Shown here piece by piece: positions 38,827 through 51,310 of a DNA stretch of 64,000 bases (position 1 is the first letter of the stretch; every line of letters starts with the position of its first letter). The notes beneath the pieces are model-generated. The model was not told the origin of the DNA, searched no databases, and saw only the letters and a list, made by a program, of their open reading frames with translations. Source of the DNA: Chiloscyllium plagiosum (lineage: Eukaryota); assembly GCF_004010195.1 (NCBI RefSeq), contig NC_057718.1:59330485-59394484 (forward strand), written 5' to 3'. Both the position numbers and the translations under genes were made by a program.

Positions 38827-39230
38827 CATAGAGTCATACAGGCGTACAGCATGGAAACAGACCCTTTGTTCCAACTCGTCTATGCTGACCAGATAGCCTA
38901 AATAAATCTAGTCCCATTTGCCAGCACTTGGCCCATATCCCTCGAAACTCTTTCTGATCATATACCCATCCAGATGCCTTTTAAATGTTGCAATTGTACT
39001 AGCCTCCACCATTTCCTCTGGCAGCTCATTCGATACATGCACCACCCTCCACATGAAAAGGTTGCCCCTTAGATCCCTTTTAAACCTTTCCCCTCTCACC
39101 TTAAACCTATGCTCTCTAGTTCTGGACTCCACTACCCCAGGAAAAAGACATTGTCTATTCAACCTATCCATACCCCTCACGATTGTATAAACTTCTACAG
39201 GTCGACCTGCAGCCTCCGATGCTCCAGGAA
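38827..39230 (-). mobile_element. CR1/HER1-type LINE 3' fragment
   Basis: ORF 38908-39288(-) GMDRLNRQCLFP...FKVRGERFKRDLRGNLF...ELPEEMVEA. Confidence 0.95.
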
Positions 39231-39652
39231 AATCATTTTTTAACCTCCAACAATGAGGCCTCCCACCTATTCTATACATAGTCTTCACCTCACCCTCAGA
39301 TACTTTACTGCAAACCTCAATTCAGATCTCATACATCTTACACACTGCCGTCTATTGAAACCACATTACAAAGATTGCACAACACTCATGACACATGTAT
39401 ATCTGATTCACCTCTTTTCATTCATACCATTCATTTTGTACTGTAAGTGGATTGCTTACAATTGTATCCATGTTTGCAAGCAACTCATTTCAGGAAAAGA
39501 CCTCAAAGTCAGCAAAAAGATCCTCAGAGTAAGGCCCTAGGTCCAACCATTTTTAGTTGTTTTATCAGTGACTATCCCTCCTTCAGAAGGTCAGATGTGC
39601 TTATGTTTGCCAATGATTGCATAATATTCTGTATCACTGGTGACTCTTCATA

Positions 39653-39738
39653 TATTGAAATAGTCTATGGTTCATATACAGCAGAATCTGAAACATGATT
39701 CAGATTCTGCTGTATATGAACCATAGACTATTTCAATA
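39653..39738. repeat. Perfect 40-bp inverted repeat with 6-nt spacer
   Basis: 39653-39692 is the exact reverse complement of 39699-39738; spacer ACATGA. Confidence 0.97.
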
Positions 39739-39741
39739 GAC

Positions 39742-39864
39742 TAGGAAGGGTTTGGAGGGATATGGGCTGGCAGGTGGGACTAGATTGGGTTGGGATATCT
39801 GGTCGGCATGGACGGGTTGGACCGAAGGGTCTGTTTCTATGCTGTACATTTCTATGACTCTATG
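39742..39864 (+). mobile_element. Short CR1/HER1 3' end
   Basis: 'ggaagggtttggagggatatggg...ggttggaccgaagggtctgtttctatgctgtacatttctatgactctatga'. Confidence 0.9.
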
Positions 39865-40787
39865 AGTGTAGCACTAACAGCATTCAAGATGTTCAACATC
39901 ATCAAGCAGCCTGTCTGCCACCTTAATCATTCACTCCTTCCACCCTCAATGCATAGTGGCAGCAGTCTGTACTACATACACACTGCACTGAAACAACTCG
40001 TCAAGCCTTGTTTAACAGCATCTTCAAAACTTGCAATCTCTACCAACTAGAAGAACAAGAACAGCAGTTGCATGGGAACACCACCACCTGCAAGTCGCCC
40101 TCCAAGCACATTCCAAGCTGACTTGGACCTATATTGATGTACCTTCACTGTCGATGTAGTCACTTCCTAACAGCAGTGTGGATACCCTTCAACTCAAGAA
40201 CTGTGACAGTTCAAGAAGGCAGCTCACCAACACTTTTTCCAGGATAATTAGGGATGGGCAATAAATGCTGGCCTTGCCAGTCATGGCCACATCACATGCA
40301 AGAATAAGTAAAGCACCAGCACCTGATTCTCTGTTGAATTTTATAACTTTAAACAGCTTCACATACATATAAAATTCAAGCAACAGCTAGAAAAATCAAT
40401 CAGCATAATAAAATATAAATGGTTGATAATCCTTTTACTGGTGGGGGAATTCTACCTGCTGATGAACAATTTTCATTTGTACGAGATTAACACAGGGTGG
40501 AGTGGTGAGCTGCAAAATAGCACCACTGGCATCAAATCAGTGCTGCATGCTGGTTAACAACTTGATCTGCCTGCTTTGCCTAATTACAGTGCTCATTCGC
40601 TGTGCCTATGCTAATGCCTTCACCAACATGGTGCCTGCTGCAACTTGCCTAACAATTTACTCTGGCATCCTGGACGCTACTTGAAATTCTAAAGGGACTT
40701 GTAGGATCCAAAAACTGAGTACAAATGGTTTCAATTCCTTACCTCTTCTGCTTCAATAAGGAAAGGTAATTATCCCTTCATGCAGAT

Positions 40788-41098
40788 ATTAGATTACATT
40801 ACAGTGTGGAAACAGGCCCTTCGGCCCAACAAATCCACACTGACCCGCCGAAGCGTAACCCACCCATACCCCTACATTTACCCCTTACCTAACACTACAG
40901 GCAATTTAGCATGGCCAATTCACCTGACCTGCACATCTTTGGACTGTGGGAGGAAACCGGAGCACCCGGAGGAAACCCACGCAGACACGGGGAGAATGTG
41001 CAAACTCCACACAGTCAGTCGCCTGAGGCGGGAATTGAACCCAGGTCTCTGGCGCAGTGAGGCAGCAGTGCTAACCAGTGTGCCACCATGCCGCCCAC
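40788..41098 (-). mobile_element. HE1-type SINE, full length, young (CpGs intact)
   Basis: Complete head to tail; 'aaaccggagcacccggaggaaacccacgcagacacgggg'. Confidence 0.97.
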
Positions 41099-41100
41099 AG

Positions 41101-41146
41101 TAGAATGGTAAAGTACCATTCTATTCAATGATAGAATGGTACTTTA
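41101..41146. repeat. Perfect 16-bp inverted repeat with 6-nt spacer plus a third 10-bp copy
   Basis: TAAAGTACCATTCTAT (41109-41124) / ATAGAATGGTACTTTA (41131-41146); TAGAATGGTA also at 41101-41110. Confidence 0.9.
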
Positions 41147-41899
41147 GTCTTAAATAAAAAAGATTCCAAAACTTAGTGGTTGATTTAAGGTTGTTGTAGG
41201 AAATCCAATATCATCAGCTTTTGCTGAATTTGCATAGTAGGTTGAAATTGCAAGAGATGAGTGCAGAAGTTTGAACTTTTATGATAATTACATTGACAGA
41301 CCATTTTTCTGCAACTTTGACACATTTGCTAGTTAGTACCTTCAACATGCTAATAAAAAAAAGGTTTTTACCTATTGTGGAGATTGATACTGGAAAAAAG
41401 CTAATAATCTGTTGAATTAACACATTTTGTAAAACATTTACCTACACTATTTATGTTAATTATAAATCTGTGTTTCCTGTGAGAAGTCTTACTTTGCCAT
41501 TTTAACTGCCTGGCCATAAAAGGGTTTTAGAAATTGGTGCAGTGATTGTGATGCGGTATTACACATTGCTTTCAATGGGGATAGCATGGCAATTCCATTA
41601 TAATTTAAATGATTGTAGCCTGCAACCAATGCAAAGTGTACTGCTGAGTGGCTACACACCCATGTAGAGAATGCAAAATTGTCAAAGTTAGTCTACGCTA
41701 ATTAAAGTTAGTTTGCATATCTTAAATGGGATTTGTACATTCTGGTGAAAGAAGTACCAGAACTCATGATTTTGACATGTGAAACACTCAATATTGGCAT
41801 TACATACCAAAGAGTGCACTGCAAAATTTTAGCCAGAACTATACTGGAGCTCTTCATGTAGGAATTGGATGGAAGAAGAAATGCCAATGATCCTTATAT

Positions 41900-42730
41900 G
41901 CCAGTTCACCCTCCAGATAAAGTTTGTGAAAGCAAAGGTACAAGGTCACCATGGAGGTCAGTGCCAAGGGTCTTGAAGACCTCAATATAATTTGGAAAAT
42001 AACACAATGACCTCCTTCCAATGATCAAGGTCAATGAATATATGCTCAAGTGCCATATCACATCATCAGAACCACTAGTCTCAACCTCATTGCAATGCAC
42101 TATACATCTTCAAGCAGTCATCAGCAATGTCTATTAAGCAGGCCTCATATTGAGCATTGATAGTTTTATTTCAGTTTCACTTAGCACTGCTATAAGACCC
42201 ACAGCCACACCATAGTACACATACTGCCAACTATTCAATCATGACAGCTACATCACTCAAATGCATAGCACTACGCACAGTCACACACTTCCCTCTTTCT
42301 TGTAGGAAAGGATAACACACAACCATAGGCAGAAGAACCAAGCTGGTGGGGAAGAATCAGCTATATGTCTTTATCACATTGGAAGAGGCAGTGCCATCCC
42401 CATTATAGTGGCCAAGACTGAGGGTATTGTGACTGGTGGTGCTGAAACCATCAAGAATGATGTCATCCTCATACCAAATTTCCTTGTCACATCTCACTGC
42501 CTTCTCATTTCGGTGTCTTCTGATTTACAAGCTGGATGGAACCTTTTACTTTCTCTCCCTTTCTCATTACAATCTTACCTTTGTGCCTCTCCCCTTTCAG
42601 ATATCCAAGAACTGCAACCTGACCAAGCAGTAGTGGAAGAGACATGTATGGTTGGGCAGAAAATCAATAATGGAGAAGGAACACTGTCACACAATCTCAC
42701 ACTTGCAGCCATCAGCTCACATACTGATAG
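41900..42730 (+). mobile_element. PIF/Harbinger Myb/SANT gene relic with three exon-like blocks
   Basis: Exon 1 end (MEVSAK...NDL...IK|gt ~42030); acceptor 'tttcttgtag' at 42305 then ERITHNHRQKNQAGG...GGAETIKND; acceptor 'cccctttcag' at 42600 then IQELQP...LTLAAISS. Confidence 0.55.
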
Positions 42731-44129
42731 GACTTCTTTAGAGCAGTGATTCTCAAATGTTTCAAATACATTGGTAATCAAATAAAGTTTCCATCTAAAT
42801 TAAAACTCAGTCCACTATTCAGAAAATGAACGTGTTGCACAGAAATTATGCCTTAATAATGCTTTTAAGAAAAGAGGAAGACTATAGACATTGATCAAAT
42901 ATATATGCCCTATTCTCATTGCAGAATTTCTCTCTTCTTGTATATTCCCCATCTAGTTAGCCATCCAGCACTGTGCATTTGGTGGCTGAACTGAACTCCA
43001 GATTTCTGCCTGTGTTTCACACTATTTCTTGAATTACTACTAAAATTTCCATGGACCCTCAGGGATATGCAGATGCCGCCATTTGAGATTTGCCACCTTA
43101 AAATGATTACTTTGAGATGGATCTGCACATCATGAGACACTTGTCATAGGTGGCCTGCAACTACAGTGGGGGGGGGGGGTGGCAAGGATAGCACAGACAC
43201 CAGCTCACTGGTGGAAGTTTCAGTCTGCTACTGAACACATGTTCATGCTGATTAATTTCATGTTCTACCTCTACAGCATACTTCACATTGACACTCCCTG
43301 AAAATTTATTTGTACCCATCCCAAAATTATATCCTGCATGGTTTGTACCAGAATGTTTGCAATACACTGTGGACACCATTTTGGAGACAAAATGGCACTT
43401 GTAACAATCAAAAACAGTGTTAGAGAGATAAATTTCATGGACCCTATCTCGAACTGGCAGCTTTGCTGATGTAACCTTCCCTCTTTTAGATTTTATTCTT
43501 GAATATCTAAACATCCAGATGACTACTTTTCAAATTTTAGTTACTTGCCAGATATTCAAGTGTTAGAAAACAATGCCCATATGTTACGATATTAGGGAGA
43601 ATCAGTGGTGCTGAGCTCTCAGAATTGTGAGTTGCATGTTCAGAGTGACATCTCTCCTGAAGCAGTAAGGCCCCTCTCAAGACTGAGGTGGCCTGAGTTG
43701 TATTGTAAATGAATAGTAATGGCCAGACAACATTTTCCCACGCCTGCTATCAACTTAAACCGGATGACTAGAATTAAAAATGGCTCAATTAATTCCAAAA
43801 ATATGGCTATATTATATTCAGCAATGTCTTTACTTTGCAAGAAATTTGCTTAAACATTTAGATAAATAGGTTAAATAGTAAAAGTTGTTAACTGCATGTG
43901 GTTTGTTGTTTATCACAACTGGGTTCTTTATGAACAGTAAATACTAAGTTTATTGAAAAATAATGTAAATTTCTATCTTTCAACCATTCAACACTCAATC
44001 CAATAATTAAATTCCTGTTGGACAGAAATTTGAAGAGGAATACAGTCTTGGCGAAATGTATAAAGAAATGAATCAGCGAGTTTTGAGACGATGAGCAGCT
44101 CAGGTTGAGGTTCTGGATTCTCAGGGGGA

Positions 44130-44316
44130 AAGAGAACAGGAAATAACATCACCACAGGAAATAGCGTCGCCAACTCAAGGAAACCCAAACACATCAACTG
44201 AAAGCGGGTCACTAACACCAGTGCTTCACCAAACTCTCAGTGACGATGTTACCTAGTATGGTAATGAAATGTCTGAAAATGAACCTTCCAGCTCAGCGAG
44301 CAAACCTACACCCAGA
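44130..44316 (+). mobile_element. 3' end of another PLE family with decayed HHR
   Basis: GTGACGA-TGTTACC-TAGTAT-GGTAAT-GAAA-TGTC at 44240-44273, followed by 'ccttccagctcagcgagcaaacctac'. Confidence 0.6.
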
Positions 44317-47300
44317 AATTAATAAATTTGGAATTATTTCCTTTTTTAAACTTGAGATAGGTCTAAGACCAGCAATCATCATCATTTTAGTACTCTTCAA
44401 TTCCATTTCAGAACAAAACAAGATACAATTGTAAAGCCTTCAAGAGTGTCTTTATTTTCACAAACCAGTATCCAGAGCACTATAATACAATTGATATCAA
44501 TAACACTTCAAAGCTAGTTAATGCATCAACACTTTGAAATATTAATACACCTTAAACTAAAAATATTTTTCATCTATGAGAAACAAATCTTACATTTGTT
44601 ACAATATCAAGTGTATGAAATTCTAGAAAAGAGAAATGTGGAATCATTAGATTTATATTTGGTAACTCCTGTACATTAATAATAGATTTAATGATCATTG
44701 AAATTGTACAAATGAATTGAATTTTATAGAAAATCTTCTTTGTGCCTCTTTGGGGCATGGTGCTAAATTCCTCAAATGTACTCTAAACCTAAATCTTAGA
44801 AAGACTGCAGTGAGTATATTTCTCACATCTGATATTTTGTATGTTAAACAATAATGTGTTAATACATGGTACTAAGAAGCCACCAAAGAAATGCACAACT
44901 TACACATTCAAATAGTATTTACTATTTGATTTCTGAAGTCCAACTTCTTTATGTCTTACACCCACTCCCAAAAAGAACTGTGATTTTCCATAGAATGTAG
45001 CACAATTTCCCGTTTGAATGCAGGCCCTAATGTAGTGACAATATACTTGATACAACAGCATTTTATGATCGAAACAATTTCTGATTATTCATCATGGACC
45101 TGTACAAAGCATTCAGTGCAAAAGAGGAAGAAGGAATTGCTGGATGTGCACTTCCTATTCACCATGTACCAGGTAATGTTAACAACAACGTGATGGGCTA
45201 CATACTTGAACCAGCTTTCTTGGCTGCAGAAGGAAACTGCTGGGTAGTGAAGATTCAACAGATTGAACATGTTTATGCAGAGTAATGGTTTCAATCCTCT
45301 AAAGTTAATCGCATTTATATAGCACTTTTGTCATGATTAGACATCTAAAGGGGAGGGGAAGTACTTTTAGGAGGGAACTGAAAGCACAGTGGGAGAGACA
45401 GATTTTCAGGAGGTTTCTGTAGGTATGGAGAGATGTAAGAAGAAGGGATTTAGGTAGTGACAAGGTTGAGTTACTTGGCATGTATCAAGATGAGCAAGTT
45501 TAATCTTTTAAAGGACTGGAAGTATAAACTACTGCTCAGCTTTGAGTCAGGCAAAATATTAAGGTGAGATACGATGGAATTGTACTGGATCAGCTAATTG
45601 GGTAGAGCAATGGGACTCAGAATAAAGAATCTTCAGCACTTAGTGCTTTGGTACATTGAATCTCCCAACCATTGTGCAACCTGCACTCTTTGTCACTCCA
45701 TTTAAAACAGTGATAAGAATATTATAGACTTATAGCTTGCTCTGCCAGATTACTGGCTGAGGAATGAACATGGAAATCCAACCAGGAGACTTGTTCCATG
45801 CAGCTAAAGTATTCAACTTTATGGAACTATATTCTCATGACCTAGGCAACAATTCAAAAGTAAGAGTAACTTGAGCTGAACATCTGTTACTTTGAATAGG
45901 AAAAAAAAACAAGAATATGAATAAAGTGATTGCAGGTTGTTCATGCTTACAATTCGATAATTTGCAGAGATATACATTAAATATTGCAATGTATTTACAC
46001 AAGTTCCTGACTCCTTCATGTCTTAGTTTTATAACTCTGCCAAGTGAGAATTCAGGGAAAATTTTGCTACAATACTGCAACATTTATGGAAAATCATTCA
46101 GGATATAAATTTTTACAGCAAAATAATGTTTCTTAGAGTTTTCCTTTCAATCATTCTGTAATATTTCAATGAGATTTAGATTCTTTAAAATAAGTCATAC
46201 ATTAAGGGATACTGTATAAATCACCATCTGCTGTTCAGAAGAAACAGAAATGAGTGTTATTTTGCCTAAAGAGTTACAAACAAGTCCTAAATGAGTGTAG
46301 TGCTACCAAGGCCAATTTATGGAAAAGTTTGGATTTAACACATCATTTTCATCCTAACTAGTAGTTACCATTGGTGGTAATCCAAGAATCCAATTTTCAT
46401 AGTGAAGTATATCTGGCAGCCTCATACCTCTTTCACTGAAGGTGTGGGATTTCTCAGGTTGGCATATAGAGACTCATTTCAGAATGTCTCAGGATTGAAG
46501 GCTGCTTGTTTCAGTAAGCCTGGTGGTGAAAGTCCACAGAAGGAGTGATGTCATGTACGCATTTAGGATGTTCCTTGCTCTTTTCGAGGCACTGACTAGC
46601 TTCATGCCCTCCTTCCATTTTGCATCCAGGTTAATATGACTCCTTAGCAAGATGCACATGACAAGGGGACATTCCCTTTCTCATGACGACTCCTATAAAA
46701 TGTCAAATAAGGTGGAGTAGCACAACACTTCATTGTCTGAGGAATTTCCCTAAAACTATTTCCAGATGCTATGTTGTTTGGGTACTGGTAAAGACTTAAC
46801 AATGTGTCCCAGAAAGTCTCTTGTTCAGTTTTGAGTGTTCTTTTCTCAGCTGCAGCAAAAATGACCAGGAAGTGATAACTCTGCAGGAATGCTTTGAATA
46901 TCTCTTTAAACAGTTCATGAAACCTAACTTCAATGGATGTTTACTCCCAAACACAAAAGGTGTTAGTTTAAACAGCAGTCAACACTATGCTGTGGAACCT
47001 CTTTAAGGACACTGGCAGCCATTTTAAATGGTATTCACAAGCCTCTGGGCAGCTGTTGACGTTAAACTCCTCGAGCAAGATGTATCTTGCGATAAGTGAA
47101 AACTAAACTGGTGATCCAACTTTGAACACTCTTTTCAGTGACTAAAATGTTTGTCAGCAATTGCTCCTTAAAACCACTTTATGAACCTAGCATTGACACA
47201 ACAAAATTCAGTCATGGCTCAATCTTAAAATATTCACAATATGGGGAAAAATTGGCTTTTTTTGTGAAATGTGATCTGCTGCATCCCTAACCTTGTCTCT

Positions 47301-47559
47301 GTTCAGGTTGGCTGCAGGATATTAGAAGACAGTAAAAACAGACAACTAACAAGGGTGCATCTCAGGAAGGGGAAGACTGAAGGTATACTGAACAGTGGGA
47401 AATGGCATCCCTCTCACACAGCCCAGGACATGCGTGGGCAATGCAACTGCAAGGCCAGATTTTTGCAGACATCGCAGGTGAAATCTTACAACTCCTTTCC
47501 CCGTGGTTTTGACTTGTATTCTCCGCAGTAGATAATGAACGCACATTACCTAAAACAAG

Positions 47560-48120
47560 TGTTTGCATCTTAACCGTAACCTGTTTGAAAGGAGGGAGTG
47601 GGGAATTAAGACCTGACAGATCTCCAAGCCATCAGTCCGGCAGTAAAGGCCTGCTATTATAGCCCCGTTGAGCCTCTGGATAAATTGTACTTTCCAAGGG
47701 TTAATTAAGCTGTCTTTAGCGGCTGTGCGAGAGGGAGCAAGCTGGCACTTACAGCGTTTTCTGAAGTCGACTGTCGACATTACAGTCCCTGCTGCTTTTA
47801 GCTGTATCGATCGAATGCCTGACCTGTGAAATCCTCCATGGCTGCTAATACCAGAAGCTCACTGGCGCTCTCCAGGAGTTGAATGGCTTATGCTCTGTAA
47901 CACAATTGCTTGTCCCACCAGGACAGCCAATTAATTCACAAGAACCACCCAGTGTAATCTGGGCTGTAACTTAAATTCAAATGAAATGTTATTTGTTGTT
48001 GAAATGAATCCGTCTTTTTCTGTATTGTATCATCAGTAAGACGGACTTTGACAAACCTCTCGGTCCTTTGATATTAGTGCAATGGGTTTGATTTATTGTT
48101 TGTGTGCTCGTTCAGAATTG
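47560..48120. promoter_or_regulatory. Candidate conserved non-coding element (enhancer-like)
   Basis: Unique non-coding sequence with retained CpGs and homeodomain/TALE-type motifs (TTAATTAA, TGACAG, CAATTAATT); conservation not verified. Confidence 0.4.
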
Positions 48121-48237
48121 GAAAAGAATATTCTCCAGGTCTCCAGTCAAAGATCAACCTAGTGACCCTTGTTGTCCATGCTGGTATGTCGTCAATTGTC
48201 ACTTGGGCAAAATAGCAAAGTATGGGACTCATTTATG

Positions 48238-48330
48238 ACGCAGAGGTAATGTCCCTACTCCTGAACCGAGAGACCTGGGTTCAAGCCCCACTTGCTCCAG
48301 ACTTGTGTAATAAAGTATGTGAAGTTAAAC
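48238..48330 (+). mobile_element. Short tRNA-derived SINE head
   Basis: A-box-like 'cgcagaggta', B box 'ggttcaagccc'. Confidence 0.6.
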
Positions 48331-48779
48331 AAAAAAAAGTGTCATCAGTGCTCGAGGATATTACGCACAATCTGAAATTAGCATCTGCAAGACAAAAAGT
48401 GTAAAAAAATTCCATTTAAACAAAGTAAGCTCTTTAAAGGGGGAGGGAGGGGAATCCTATTATGTGTCAGCTCCACAGCATAGAAGTTTCTTTTTAACCC
48501 CCTGGTGGCAGATGAAACTTCTTCCGTCTGGAGTACCAATGTAAAAGCAGTACGGTGGTGCATAAGCATTGCAGAATTGCATGTGATTCCGTTTGAATAT
48601 TAATTGAGTTTAAGCTGTGGTTTGCAATGAAAGAATCAATTGTGCGTGGCTGGAAGCACGGGACTGCACTTGCAGCATTGTTATTGCTAATACACATAAT
48701 CAAACCGTTCAACTTAGAAAGGTGTCACAATGCGGTAAATTGGAGCATTATGTCTGAAGATTTTTAATCTTGTTTTAGT

Positions 48780-49000
48780 TTGTGCTTAACTGGAGCATCC
48801 CCATCTCTAAGTCAGAAAGTCAAGCGCCATTTGGAGGTAGATGTTTGTCATAGGCTGTGGTACAAAATGGGTGATAGCAAATTAGCCACCTGTTTTACAG
48901 TTTGCTGTCATCATTTCACACTACTGTCCAAGCTAAGCAGATCTAGGCTGATGCTTCATTGCAGTAATGAAGGGATGCAGCACCATCTGAGTTGGATGTG
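48780..49000 (+). mobile_element. Decayed Deu-type SINE 5' region
   Basis: 'ctctaagtcagaaag...atctaggctgatgcttcattgcagtaatgaagggatgcagca'. Confidence 0.4.
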
Positions 49001-49649
49001 AAAGTTTATTATTCAAAGAACTTCAGAATTCTCCCAGCTTTTATTAATATTGTTCTTCAATTAATATTTCTAAAGGTTATCTGGCTATTTTTCATCTTTC
49101 TGGCCCAAATGCACTTCAATTCCAATAAAGTGCTGCAAAAAAAAACCCTTTCTTGACTGTAAAGTTCTTTGAGAAGTCTTGATCTTGAAAAGACCTTGTA
49201 TATGTACGTTTTTTTTTGTGTGTAGTATTAAATCCACATGGGAGATTCCAAAGTGCATTGAACATACAATATATGGAATTACTGTGAATGTTCAGAAACT
49301 TTAGTGCACAGTTATGGAGTGTTAACGTCGTGGTATGGAATATTAGTGCAGAACTATGAAGACATAGAGTAAAATTATGGAATATTAATATCAAGGCGTA
49401 AGGCAAGGATAATTAGTGAAGTTTTAGAATCTTAATGTACATGTTCACTGGAGCACGAGCGCTATTCTGAATCTATGAACACATAAAGTCATATTCAAAA
49501 GGAATGATGCGCAGGAGCATTGGAAAGGTGTAAGAAGTAAACATTTTGGTTGGAAATAGCATTTTTGGATTTAGAACATTTACCAGGAAATTACCATTTC
49601 ACTTTTTTTTGAAAATCTTAACTTGTTCGTGATAGAAAATATGTAAAGA

Positions 49650-50400
49650 TGAAATTCTCGAAGCTGCACGGACAACCCTGAGGTGATATTAATAGTGCGA
49701 TATAAACTTTTACTCAGCTGAAGAGAAACGTCGAAATGGCTTGAAAGACCGTCTGCGCGGGAAGTTAGCAAGCGAGCAGTTTAAGACCGCTGCGAAAGAA
49801 ATGGCAAGTCTGTAGCAGCAAAAGTGACAAAGCAAGACGGTGCCTGAGAAAGTCATTCGCAGCCTGGGTAGAATTTCCTGTGAGTTCAGCCTGCAGCTCC
49901 TCCATTTCAGCGGAGGTGTTTGTTAGAGAGAAAAAAATAACGACATAATTAGAATGCGAAATGAAATTAGGTGTTTAAAAATATTTGTTCAGGTGCTTTT
50001 TTGCATTCATGACAGGAACCAAGCTTCGCAAAAAAAATTAATCTCAAGCATCGCTACTACCAATTTTATCATAAATTATCATGAAAAGGTTTTCTACAGA
50101 GTGGATGCTTAATTACAATCTAATTTGAATAATTTAGCATATTAATTAGTTTTGGAATGAAAATCAGTTTTACATTTTTTAACTTCAATTCAGAAACACA
50201 TTGCGATAATCGCACTCCTTTTTAAAATGCATGTGATCTTATTACTAAAGGAAACGCAGTGAAGCTTTTTTTCCCGCACAGCCGTGTTTTTAATTGATTA
50301 ATGGGTGAGCATCTTTGACATTAATAAAGTATAACTAAATTAAAGACAACTTCATTATTCTGCTACGCGGCCACATGTCTCTTGGCAGCTAGCAAAACAA
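49650..50400. promoter_or_regulatory. Candidate CpG-retaining regulatory element / CNE
   Basis: Locally frequent CpG (49658-49970) followed by TAAT/ATTA-dense unique sequence. Confidence 0.4.
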
Positions 50401-51109
50401 AATGCAAAATAAAAGATTAGATAAAAGAACGACTCAGAGCATTGATGTGGCTCTTTTTTTTAACATGAATGTCTAAATACTATTGGATGTATCTACAATC
50501 ATCTTTAGGAAGAATACAAAAAAAATCTGACCAATTATGGCCAATTCAATTAACGGAATCAGCTTTAAAACATGTATTCTTACTGCATTGAATAACCTGT
50601 ACACCTCAGGGTCAGCAGCATTGTATTATTCTCAGAGAGACTCCCGCACTGTAAAACAAGAGGGGTGCATTTAAGATTCTTAGACCGGGGCGAATCTACT
50701 AAATCGAGAGAAAGGAGCGAAAGAATACTCTTTGCTGTCCACAGTTTTTAAACTCCACCTCAAAACAGGCAGATGAAAAGCCTTTTGACATCCGTTTCAA
50801 TCTAGAATATTGAAATAAAAATCAATGAAACGATCAGATTGGATGCAGGTAGTCAATTTCATCCCCAGTGCTATAAGGAAGGGTGAAATTAGACTTCTTT
50901 TTGGTTAAGGACACTGCTTATAGATGCAGCGATTCCTATGACTGAAGTAACATAAAACACTTAATATTAATACAATGCAATGCTGTTGCAGACAGTCAGG
51001 TGGGATGGGCAAAATGGTTGTACAGAGCCAGATCCATACAAAAGCAGTAAGGACTACTCCGTTATTTACTTGTGTGAACGAGGTTTTCAAGAGTTCGGTT
51101 TGATCATTA

Positions 51110-51310
51110 ATGGAGAGAGAGAGAAAAAGTTAGCGTTTCGAGTCCCATATGACTCTCAGAACTCACTTCCGTTCTGAAGAAGTGATATTGGGTTCGAAAA
51201 CATTAACTCCGCTTCTCTCTCCGCAGACGCTGCTAGACCTGCTGAATTTCTCCGACACTCTCCATTATCATTTCCCATCTCCAGCACCGGTAACATTTTG
51301 CTTTTATTCG
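51110..51310. mobile_element. Head-to-head pair of short HHR-type PLE-derived units
   Basis: Minus: CTGA-GAGTC-ATATGG-GACTC-GAAA-CGCTA (51131-51159); plus: CTGAAGA...GAAAACATTAACTC from 51174 with tail 'ccgcagacgctgctagacctgctga'. Confidence 0.7.

Larger units (their letters stand above)
39530..40305 (+). mobile_element. Old L2/CR1-group LINE relic (RT motif plus 3' end), interrupted by a younger CR1
   Basis: LGPTIFSCFISDYPS...MFANDCIIF (RT FADD region); 3' end 'gttcaagaaggcagctcacc...gggatgggcaataaatgctggccttgccag'. Confidence 0.75.

Noticed and set aside
45094..45285. 63-aa ORF MDLYKAFS...
   Set aside because: No recognisable domain or splice context; length expected by chance.
47308..47382. 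Putative exon 'ctctgttcag|...gaag|gtatac'
   Set aside because: Weak donor, no recognisable protein and no partner exons.
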